From Felis catus (Eukaryota), in the NCBI RefSeq assembly GCF_018350175.1, contig NC_058368.1:28398001-28462000 (forward strand): a DNA stretch of 64,000 bases. Direction: 5' to 3'. Below the pieces are notes generated by a model. It did not search any database and was not told the DNA's origin. It saw only the letters and a program-made list of their open reading frames with translations. The translations under genes were made by a program, and so were the position numbers. Positions 13,296 through 24,120 of the stretch are shown here, piece by piece (position 1 is the stretch's first letter; each line of letters starts with the position of its first letter).

Positions 13296-16084
13296 GGCAA
13301 GTTCTTCCTCACGGAAATAAGACTTGAAGGAAATGGATGCTGGCTGTGATTCCCCTTCACCTCTCCCAAATTATCCAGGTGTGGGAGAGCATAGCGGGGA
13401 GGAACAGTACAGTTACAGCTGACAGTCAAGAGTAGGCTTAAGCTTCTCACCTCAGCTTCTGAATGGATCAGGGTACAGAGGCCACAACTGCACTCCCCTG
13501 AGCTGGGATCACCTCCCAGAGAGAAGCTCTTTCTACTTTCTATTTGTAGCTCCATCTACTGTAAGAAGCTGACTCCTCTGTGAGGCTGACAGGGGCCTAA
13601 GGAGGCTCTGAGGATACCATCTTGGCAAACAGGTGTGGGCAAAATCTTGTGGGTCCTACACAGCCATGCATAGACAAAGCATACAGGAAAGATTGCTCTA
13701 ATTTAACGACAAAAAAAAAAAAAAAAAAAGATACTGAAATTGTCATTTTAAAGGATTTTCCTCATCCAAAGCCATCTGCAGGAAAACTCTAGTTAAGAGT
13801 CTATTAACTAAGGTTTTACAACATAAAGAGTTATTACCTAAGAGTAAAAAGATCAACATCAGCCAAAAAAAAATTAATCATTTACATCTTACTCTCAAAT
13901 TCTGAACATGTAATAGCTTAAATCTCTTCTATTGGCAAAGGGGTATTTTGGGTGAGTGAAAATCAACCCAAAATTCATTGGTGAGTCCCACGCCTCTCTG
14001 CACCTACATTTCCCTTTTTGGTAGAGCTGGACAGGTATCTGTGACCTCAGCAGAATTCCGAGACTCTGCCATCTCTATTTTAATTTCACAGGGAAGTGCC
14101 TGGAAGAGAGCGTGACAACTTGCAGGGGACAAGGGGTGCGGATTATCAAGGGACTGGAAGAGAAGCCCTTTGGTTTCATAGCTGAGGGTAACAATACACT
14201 TACTAAGTGAGTGGTTTTTTACTCTTTCATGCTACTTGATATAATTTCCTTTGAAAATTTTCTATTTATTCACAACTTAGACAGGTAGAATATATAGTCA
14301 GACATATTTGGTCAGGAACCCATCAGGCTCATTTACTTCTAAGATGTCTTAATTTTGTGATTTTACTAGTAAATATGCAAGGTATAAATAAGAATAAAGT
14401 GTCAAATGTTTTAAACTTCTTTGATACAATTAAATTATGTCTGACAATAGTTCATTTTAAGTGCCTTCCCGTTAATATTTCTCATTAAGCATTTGGCAAA
14501 TAATTGTCTAGAAAATATCAGTGAGAGTACATTTCAAGATTATGTGTGTTAAGCATGAATATACAAACACGGTATATGTGTATAGACACATATATGTGTA
14601 TATGTGTATGTGTGTGTATTTGTATCTACAGAGCACCTGCTTAGAAGGCTACTTCATGAAAATTGTTACCACTGGGTCAATACCCTGTTTACTTCTCTTA
14701 TATAGGAGATTTTGAAATATTACAATTAATTTTTGGTACATAACGCCTAAAGAAAGATGGTCTGAGGATATTTTGGTGACTTTTTAACACGTATGCCTTT
14801 GGCTTTCAAAGACTTGATAATTGTAATGTTGACTCCTACTGAGCTACACTGAAGTAGAGTGGTTTAGAAACAAGAAAATAATACCTGCCTGATATAAGAA
14901 TTAGGTGAGATAATAGTAATAATGGTATAAGAATGAGATGAGATAAAAGCCCTTAAGAAAAAATGTAAATCTCTTGTTGGGAAGTTGTGTCAGTAGTCAC
15001 TCTAGCTAGTGGATAAGTCTGGGTGACCAATCGGCATACGATCAGTATACAAACCCCAGCTGAGACCTTCAGAAAACTGGATGTCAACAGCCCACTATAT
15101 TATAAATACAAACAGAGTATTGAATAAACACTAAATTAAAACCTAAGATAAGAACAAAATGTGGGAATTTTGGGTTTGGGAAGCTATAACAAGTTTTGTT
15201 CGGCAATAGAACACATACTTTTATGAAAATATCCAGAAAATTTTCCTACTGTGCATACCTAGTGTTGATAATAGAGTGACATAAAATTGGCTTGCAAAAA
15301 ATGTGTATCATTTGTTGATTATGGCACAGACACGTGTTCACAAATTCTCAGATACAGAATATTTATCCAGAATCCCACATCAAAGAACAGAAAAGTGCCT
15401 TTAACCAACAAAAAGGTACTGAGGCAGTAATAAATTAAATTACATTAAAACGGACATGGAAGCCAAGTTTTAAGATATTACATGTGACATGCAAGAAAAA
15501 GAAAGACAATTCAGGCAGGAATGTCGTGCATTAAGATTTGCATTCATTCATAATATTTGAGGGGTTTTAACCACATTCTATGACCACTGAATGCTAGCAA
15601 AGTGAGGCGATACCCATCTAACATTCAAAACACAGCTTAATTTACATCTTAATCTCCTAACCAACTATTTTAAGGAAGAAGCCAATGCCTCCAATAGTGA
15701 AACCTAAGAGTTTTAGCCACATATTGTTATGCAGTCACAGAGTAAGAACATTCCATCTGACCAGGTTTAAGGAAAGTAAACATTTCCATCTTTTAGACAA
15801 TGCAATTGTCTCAGATTCCTCCTACCTTCTTACTTATATGAGCATATTTTAACATGTCAAGTTTGCACAATAAGGAAATGGCTTTGTGGAATGTATTTTT
15901 TTGGCACGAAAATATTTTCTAATACCTCAAATCAAAATTTTCACCCACAGCAAAATATCAAGCCACAGAGGTGCTCAGTGGTGCTTACTTTTCTAGGCAG
16001 AAGACTACAGAAACAGACAACTGCTTCCAAGAGCTTTGTATTAAGTAGCAATTACTTCCCTTCCAAGGAATAGCACCAATGTGA

Positions 16085-16174
16085 TTACACCTCAGACTGG
16101 GGAGTGCTCCTTCCAAGCTCTTTAATTCCCTGGAGAATTCGCTTCATATGGCCCACTTTCGTTATCCCCAGGTC
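16085..16174 (-). CDS. DGKH: DGKH terminal exon, eta2 (SAM) frame: [29 protein letters not shown]
   Basis: tttcag acceptor; phase 0 after the SAM exon; TAA at 16085-16087; completes the SAM fold (DLGI..VGH..RIL). Confidence 0.95.
   Translation of the reverse strand, partial: DLGITKVGHMKRILQGIKELGRSTPQSEV
16122..16174 (-). CDS. DGKH: DGKH terminal exon, eta1 frame (SAM exon skipped): (G)[16 protein letters not shown]
   Basis: Joining exon 28 (phase 1) to this exon gives the frame; matches the recalled DGK-eta1 C-terminus ...EANSPGN; end of ORF 16122..16325. Confidence 0.9.
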
Positions 16175-16176
16175 CT

Positions 16177-16178
16177 GA

Positions 16179-16216
<38 letters not shown>
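16177..16216. repeat. (GAAA)10 tetranucleotide microsatellite forming the polypyrimidine tract of the terminal exon
   Basis: Ten perfect units abutting the acceptor AG (16175-16176). Confidence 0.92.
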
Positions 16217-16218
<2 letters not shown>

Positions 16219-17096
16219 GGAAAAAAGGTGGAAAGAGAAAAAGAAAAAAGAAAGAGAAGGAAAAGAAAGAAGTTTATTGACCAGAGAAGACTGAGGTTTA
16301 AATATTTCACCAGCAAATAGTACAATTAGCATCCAGTTCATTTAGTTTAGTTTATAATCAATGATTTAGGAAGCAAAAACTATAAAAGTCAATTTATAAA
16401 GCAAAAATTGCCAACCAGTAAAAAAAAATCGCAGCCTACACAAACTCTTAAACGTTAACACTATCATAAATTATACACAATACAGTTCTTCAAGAGTCAA
16501 AATTGGTTTCTCCTATTCTTCTTCTTTTTAAAACACAGGTCCTTTTGGGATCTCTGAGAAAAGTGGCATGTGACATCAGGGCATCCACAATTAGTCCTAA
16601 GGCAACCATGCACATCCTTCCTAAAGTAGTAAACTTAAAAGTAAAGCCTAATCCTAAAGAAAGATATTAGTGGCCACCACCTACATGTGGAATTTAAATG
16701 CATTTACAGTTACATTTAGAGTCTTTGATTTGAGTGGTCTATTTAAATATCCTTTCTACTTTGTAATGCAGAAGTATAAAAAAATTACATAAACATAGCT
16801 CTCTGTGGGTTGATGCTTTTCCTCAAAACACTCGTGGCTCCTTTGCCTCAGAACTCTCCTTGTTTCTTACAGAACTGTCTTTCTATAAAGAGCCAAGAAT
16901 TCAATATTTAGCTTTCAGAAGTGGAGGATGGTTCCAGAGTGTGCAGCACACAGCAGGCACCTGGCAAAGAAATACTTGTTGCAGGAAGGAAGGAGATGCA
17001 CACAAGACAGCCATGATGCTCACTACCTGAAAAACTAAAAGAAAGGGTGAAGGCCTCCAAACCCTGTAATTTCTTTTTTGTTTAATTAGCTTTTAT

Positions 17097-17129
17097 TTTT
17101 TTTTTATTAAAAAAATGTTTGTTTAATTT

Positions 17130-17182
<53 letters not shown>

Positions 17183-17352
17183 CAAGCAGGGGAGGGGCAC
17201 AGAGAGAGGGAGAGAGAATCCCAAGCAGGTCCCTCACTGTCAGCACAGAGCCCGATGTGGGGCTTGAACTCATGAGACTTGAGATCATGATGACCTGAGC
17301 CGAAATCAAGAGTCGGATGCTAAACCGACTGAGCCAATCAGCCGCCATCACC
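17097..17352 (-). mobile_element. Can-SINE with expanded (GA)n tract
   Basis: Reverse SINEC sequence; long (GA)n at ~17130-17180. Confidence 0.88.
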
Positions 17353-17844
17353 CACCGCCATAGTTAATTTCAGTGTAATGGGTATGATCAATTTGCTAAC
17401 AGGTGAAGTCAAACAAATTCTGTATAAAACAGAGGGTTTGGTATATTTGAAAATTAGCAAAAAGATGGCTTCCAAAGTAGCATCGAAAACAGGATTATGA
17501 GATACCACAAAATCATGTGTCTGAGAAGATAAAGATTCCAAATATCCATTCTATTTTGTAGGCTAAGAGCATTATTTATTTTTAAGCTTTAAATGAAACA
17601 GATCAGAGTATTTGAAGTGCGTGCACACGTGTGCTCTCTCTTCCACACACTTTATGGGCTCTTTGAATTCTATAGCAGTAATGCTACTGACACTTTTTTT
17701 TTTTTCTGACAATTTTGAATCTTTCTAGAAAATACTTTTTCTACAGCAAGCACTCTTTTCCAGCCTGAGATCATTTCTAGGTCACGCTTCTACAATATGT
17801 AACTGACCCTGAAAAATATTTTCTCATATGACACCGGGTCATTC

Positions 17845-18068
17845 TTTTTTATTTTTATTTTTTTTAGTGTCTATTTTTGAGAGAGAGAGAGAAAGTCAGA
17901 GCATGAGCAGGGGTGGGGCAGAGTGAGAGGGAGACCCAGAATCTGAAGCAGGCTCCAGGCTCTGCACTGTCAGCACAGAGCCCAGTGGAGGGCTCGAACT
18001 CACGAACTATGAGATCATGACCTGAGCCGAAGTCGGACACCTAGCCGACTGAGCCACCCAGGTGCCCC
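17845..18068 (-). mobile_element. Can-SINE (SINEC_Fc)
   Basis: TSD acac(c/t)gggtcattc. Confidence 0.92.
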
Positions 18069-18939
18069 AACACTGGGTCATTCATAGCCAGTCTTAAGGA
18101 AGTGTGTGCTAAAATAGCAAATTCAAAAGCGAGACCAAAACCTAAAGAAAGATAGCTGCTCCTGCTACCTAACTTTGAGATATAAATGCATTTACAGTTG
18201 CATTTCGATTCTTTTATTTGAGTGGGATAAATATTCTTTCTGCTTTGTTAATATAATTATCTGATTAATAAATACACTTAATATTAAATATTTTATTTCA
18301 GGCCATATGCACATTGTATTCTTGAGAATAAAAACTTCTCTGGGAGAGGCAGACTCTACTCAGAATTACCAATTTGGTGTAATGAGATGAATGTTTTCCA
18401 TAGAGTTACACTAACTCCTAGCTGTATTTTCTTTATTTTGAGTTCAATACTCTCATGTCTTCTAGGAGTTAGGCTGTGATAAAGTTATGCCATGACATCT
18501 GTTACACCTTTCTTATTTTTTCATATTCTTTATTAGTGGCCTTTTCTTTCTTTGGATGAATAGGCCTGATTTGTCAAAAACATACTTTGTAGACATTCAG
18601 TTACCTTTGTAGCCACACATATGCAACTTTCCAAATGGAAAAAAACAAGAACCAACCACACAAACAAAACCACTGCATCTTTACCATTTTCTTTGGTGTC
18701 CCTCACTTTTGCCTATTGTCGTCCTGGAGGTGAAATAACATAATCAGTTTATTTGTCTGCTAAAGCACCTTAGAAATATTTTTCCTTTCCCACCTTTGCA
18801 GCATCACATTGCTATCTCTAGTCGTCTTGCTAACAAGAAAGTAACACTTGAGCCAAGATCTGAGCAGGAGTTAGCCAGGTGAGGAGGGGTAGTGAGGAGG
18901 GGCAGGGCTGGAGTGGGACAGCAGAATAGAGGTTTGGTT

Positions 18940-19112
18940 TTTGACACGTGAAGACTGACACCCCTGTGTGATAGGCAAGTTTCAAGTAGAGGTGGTGATA
19001 TAATCCTAGAGCTCTCAAATGAGGTCAGGGCTGGAAATACAACCCTGTGAGCCACTGCCATATTCATGGACCATACCTGAAGCAATGGAAATGGGTAAGA
19101 TTACCCAGGGAG
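18940..19112 (-). mobile_element. L2 fragment
   Basis: gaggtcagggctggaaata...gaagcaatggaaatgggtaagattacccagggag, reverse L2 motif. Confidence 0.6.
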
Positions 19113-19382
19113 TAGGTAATCCTTTACCAACATTGGTAGACTTTATGCCAAAAAGTCTGCTCCCTCTTACAGCTACACCCAGAGAGCAAGGGGAGCTCAT
19201 CTTCTACCTTCATGAAGGCTTTGTCCGACAGTTGGTTCTTTCCGTAAAATTATTTTCCTTTTCTCATTCCCTCAGACCGTGTTTTAGAACCAAGAGTTAA
19301 AAAGGACAGTGTCAATACAGATTTCCAAAAGACAAGTTATAAGGGAAAGAATGTAGTTTGTATTAAAAATAAAAACGAAGTA

Positions 19383-19597
19383 GGGGTGCTTGGGTAGCCA
19401 AGTCAGTTAAGTGTCTGACTTCAGCTCAGGTCATGACCTCACGGCCCGTGACTTCGAGCCCCGCGTTGGGCTCTGCGCTGACAGCTCAGAGCCTGGAGCC
19501 TGCTTCAGATTCTGTGTCTCCCTCGCTTTCTGCCCCTCCCCACTCATGCTCTGTCTCTGTCTCTCAAAAATGAATAAACATTAAAAAAAATTTAAAA
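19383..19597 (+). mobile_element. Can-SINE (SINEC_Fc)
   Basis: TSD aataaaaac(g/a)aagtag. Confidence 0.92.
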
Positions 19598-21244
19598 AAT
19601 AATAAAAACAAAGTAGAACAAAAAGTCCCATGAAAAGCTAAAGAGAAAATTTACTAAAATAATTCTTAACCATTTCCTTTTTACTCTTACTTTTTTCTAG
19701 CCAAGTCCTATCACTCTAACTTTGACTTTGCATACGTATGAGCTTTGTTTCTTCATTCTGCAAATATTTGCTTTGCGCACTGTGTATGTGTGTGTCTATT
19801 TGTATGCTTATAGGTGCGTATACATATATATAACATACAGAGATATATTTATATATACATACACATACAGTCTTTTCCTTTAATATACGCTTACTCATGG
19901 CAAATGAAATGTAAAGAGAGACTGGCATAGTATATCAATCAGTAGCTAGTCAATAAATATTGCTGCCTGCCAAGGATATGAGAAGCTATCCCTAGATACA
20001 ATGATGCCTTACATTTATTTTTTTGTGCACTCATTCCACATTTTGAAGCCAACCTTTACTCTATGAACTTTAGCACTGTATATTTTGCTTTTTTCCAGAT
20101 TTGGGACTCTCAACTGTGATAATTAATTAATCTACTTCTTTATTATTATTCTGGTTAAAAACATTTACATATAAATGGTGTCCACTTTTAATGTGCTAAA
20201 ACTGTATGACTCTGCTTTATAAAATCCTACAGATTACCCATACATTGTTCAAAGATCTCTGCTACCGTATTTATAGATAAAGGCACAACAGTTCACAAAT
20301 TTGTTAGGGATTTACTGTACCATAATTCCATGAGAATCAGAACCTGGCCTACTGGAAAAGGATCACTCCAAAATATATCAAAGGCTTTGTCATTTTCTTA
20401 TTACTCAATCTTGGAATTTTAAAATGGCAGCGTTTGGTAAGAAAATATAAGATGACAAAATTCTACTCCCAACCTTAAGAGAGAATACTCTACTTTGGCG
20501 CTGGCAGTCTCCACCCGAAAAATCCAAGAGAACCACTGCTTACCGCTAATTAATGATATTCTTTCTGGTCATAAATGACAAAGGGGCTCTAAGCTGCATT
20601 CCAGCAAGAGTAAAGCATAATTTTTACTTCATTTACTAAAGAAAATAATACATTTATTGTTGAGCATAATACAATTTTAACAGTAAATCATGGGAAGGGC
20701 ATTTGAATTTATTGGTCTAGTTGTTCACGTGACTTCTGAAAGGGCAGTCAGAAACACAACAAAATCATAGGACTCTAAGTAGCCACTGCTGTGAGTCCCT
20801 TATTTAGTTCCATATATTAGGAAGACTTTGTTACTGGTATTTTGAATTGATTTTTAGTTGTTAACCTTTGGTTAGATTTTTAAGTCGTCTTCAGCAACAA
20901 TTACCACCTTTCATGCCGACTCAATAAAGTGAGCTGATGGAAACATGAGCCATTTGGAAATATTAGCACAGGAACAGCCATATGAATGGATGCAGAGAAA
21001 AATTACTAACTTCATGCTAAGCTTTAGCTACAATAATCAGAGAATGATTTTTGATAGGAAAATACTGCTGACATTCTTGTTTAAAAAGCAGAGGAACTCC
21101 AACCACAGGACAATGCATATTAGATTACTGCACATTTGCATAACATAAGCCAAGCTAGAAGCACATAACAAAAGAGGTGCAGGATAAAGGATTCTGTTTT
21201 GCCAGGAAATTTTCAAAAGCAGAAGAGTAGCACAAAGGAAATAC

Positions 21245-21375
21245 CTTAAGATCTCGCCTTTCCAGATGCAAAAGTTCAGCCCCTCTGATGTCATGACGGA
21301 TGAAGATTTCTTTGTACTCTCCCAAACTGAGCAGATCCAGCCAAGCAGCAACTTCCTCTGTGCCCCATTTTTGAA
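21245..21375 (-). CDS. DGKH: DGKH cassette exon (~29), SAM domain: (V)[43 protein letters not shown]
   Basis: ttggtag acceptor, GTATTT donor, 131 nt; SAM signature W..EEV..WL...L.EY...F....I.G..LL.L. Confidence 0.96.
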
Positions 21376-22614
21376 CTACCAAAGTTAAGAGCAAAACCCC
21401 CTTAATTTCTACATGCTCAATGCATTACAAAGCAAAGGTTGGCCAAAGAAGATGCAAAACAGAGTACAGCGGGCAGTGCTAGCAAAGGGAAAGGTTAAAG
21501 GTGTTGTTTCAACAAAACTCCAATTTCGTTGTTCCCCATGCAGGTTACAGACCATCAATCAACACAAAGGTCTGACTAGGCAAAAACATTCACTGCTGGG
21601 CACCCAAACTACACAATAGGAATAAAAAATGTATTTCTCATGATTAGGATAAATAGTACAAGATCAAAATAAGCTCTGATGATTTCTTTAAGACCATATA
21701 TGGCACTAATTTAATTTAATTAGCTACAAACGCTAATTAAAATATGAAATCTGAAACAGGGTACTGAATTTTATACAAACTTCTGTTTTGGTCTTGCTGT
21801 CTTCAAGTATCGCCTTTATTGATTCTATTACTATTTATAATTATAATTATTGATAATTACAGCACCAAACGTGTTGTTAGATCATTTTAATGTCCTCTAA
21901 ATGCCGTCAATGCTACTAAGATTCGTTGGATTCTTATTTTCCAATGTAGATAATCGTGGTTGTATGTATTTTATTCAACGTTGCTTAGCTGAATTAAAGT
22001 TTATTTATTTGCCCTATTTGGTTTTAAAATGCCCTTCAATAGCTGCTCTACGATTGTCAAAAATAAGGTCATGTATCACTTTTCAAAAGGAGTTAGCTAA
22101 CTCGGAAGAATTATAAAATGACTTGATTATGAAAGGCACCTACTGTCCCATACACAGAACTTGAAGGTGTTTTAGCACAAGTGCAGCATTAACGTTAATT
22201 TCTAGGGGAAGGTGGAAAGGGAACCAGACCAACAACATCAAAGGCAGAGTTTAATCTTCGCTTGAGAATGCAAATGTCACAGTAGATTGTCATTACTGAG
22301 GGAATGAAATGGTGTAGTAAGTCTTTGAAACAGGAGAAAAAGAACAGGTAACTTTAGGTAGAAGATATATTTAGCAAGTTAAAAGATATATTTAGCAAGT
22401 TTCTATGTTTCATTTATGAAAATCTTGATTTTGAACTCTGACGAGAAACAAGTTATCCACTGATGCCTTGAATTGTTAAGCAAGACAAAGGACCATCTAA
22501 ACAGATGCACTGATGTCCACTGAAGAGAGTACAAGCAAACCTCGTTTTCTTGTGTGCATCATAACTACAGGCTCTTACTGGTTTTTGGACTTTGCTTGGG
22601 TATGATATGATTTA

Positions 22615-22742
22615 CTTTATTATGGTAAAATGAACACAAAACTCTCCATTTTAGCCGGTTTATGGTATACAATTCAGCAGCATTTAGTACATTTGTAATG
22701 TGCAATGGTCACCACTAATAGTTCCAGAACATTCTCATCACC
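22615..22742 (-). mobile_element. Old L1 (L1MB-like) 3' fragment
   Basis: tacaattcag...catttagtacatt...ttccagaacattctcatcacc. Confidence 0.6.
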
Positions 22743-22813
22743 TTGGTGACACTGCTTTAATAAGTTATTTTTTCCATAATGTAATACTTTCCCTTCCAGT
22801 GTGGATCACCTAC

Positions 22814-22922
22814 CAGGCTGTGAACCTGTCTTCTGTTTCTGAACCTTTTCCTTTTTAAATTTTGGCACTATACGAAATACTGTGCTTCTGCTGTTTCTCT
22901 TGGTGCAATCCATGGGGGGTTC
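22814..22922 (-). CDS. DGKH: DGKH coding exon (~28): [36 protein letters not shown]
   Basis: gaacag acceptor, GTAGGT donor, 109 nt, ends in phase 1. Confidence 0.94.
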
Positions 22923-23281
22923 CTGTTCGGGTCGAGCAAGAAGAGAATTTTCTCAGGACATTAAGAGAAGAAAAACTCACTCTGATATTACAGACAATGC
23001 AGGAATAAATGCAAAACACTGCTGAAATGACAATGCAGGAATAAATGCAAAACACTCCTTAAAATAAAAGTGTACAATGTTATGCACTACCGAAGATGTA
23101 CTGATTCCCTGAAGATACCTCTGTTCATAGAAAAGCCTTTTCTTGCTTGTTCAAGAACAGCACATTTGAAAGTAGCATCCAGAATTCGTTTTCCCTGGAA
23201 TGTCCCTTTTTCAAAAGATGATTTCAAATTCTATTGTCAGAAAGTCTACACTTACAAAGAAACAGGCCAGATTTTACATAC

Positions 23282-23401
23282 CTCATCTTCGTTTGGATGT
23301 AAGATATAATAAAGCCAAGGAATCTCTGTTAACTTCTGCAACTCCACCTCCACAGAATGTAAGGCATTAGATACCCGCTCTTCATGTGGGGATTCTAAGT
23401 G
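23282..23401 (-). CDS. DGKH: DGKH coding exon (~27): [40 protein letters not shown]
   Basis: aaatag acceptor, GTATGT donor, 120 nt. Confidence 0.94.
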
Positions 23402-23892
23402 CTATTTACCAGCAGGTTAAAAAACAAAACAAAACAAGTCTCAGTGACCAATCTCAAATAGAATAAACATATTTTATTTTTCTAGCAGACATCCTCAACT
23501 CTTACTAGGCTAGGTGATTGTTGTTGGTAATATAAAGGAATATAGAAAAGAGAACACATTATTTTATATTGAGCTCATTTAAAAACAATCTGAATTGATT
23601 TATCTGTACTTCCCGAAGACAATATAAGTAGTCAGTGTGACTTTAATAATGTCACAGAAAAATAAGTATCACTTTGGGTGGTGTTGTTGGTTTTTTTTTG
23701 TTTGTTTGTTTCCTATGTAAATTCTTTCCTCTCCCTCCCTTCCAAACCATGCATCCATCCATCCATTCTGCTGCATTCTAGTAAGTAATCTCACTATTCT
23801 ACTTATTTGAGGCAGAAATCCTTCTGATTTCCATAGATCACTACGTAACCAAATAATGCTATTTTAAAACTTGGTCAAAAACATGTCACATA

Positions 23893-24120
23893 GGGGCGCC
23901 TGGGTGGTGCAGTCGGTTAAGCATCCGACTTCAGCCAGGTCACGATCTCGTGGTCCGTGAGCTCGAGCCCCGCGTCAGGCTCTGGGCTGATGGCTCAGAG
24001 CCTGGAGCCTGTTTCCGATTCTGTGTCTCCCTCTCTCTCTGCCCCTCCCCCGTTCATGCTCTGTCTCTCTCTGTCCCAAAAATAAATAAACGTTGAAAAA
24101 AAAATTAAAAAAAAAAAAAA
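23893..24120 (+). mobile_element. Young Can-SINE (SINEC_Fc)
   Basis: Intact CpGs, long A tail, perfect TSD aaaacatgtcacata. Confidence 0.94.

Larger units (their letters stand above)
3320..16084 (-). other. DGKH: Probable very long DGKH 3' UTR (~12.8 kb)
   Basis: AT-rich and far poorer in transposons than the introns; ends at AATAAA with upstream UGUA motifs. Human DGKH is recalled to have a >10 kb 3' UTR. Confidence 0.65.

Noticed and set aside
22806..22813. Tandem donor GTAG|GTGA after exon 28
   Set aside because: Use of the +4 site gives early stops in either downstream exon, and the site is weak
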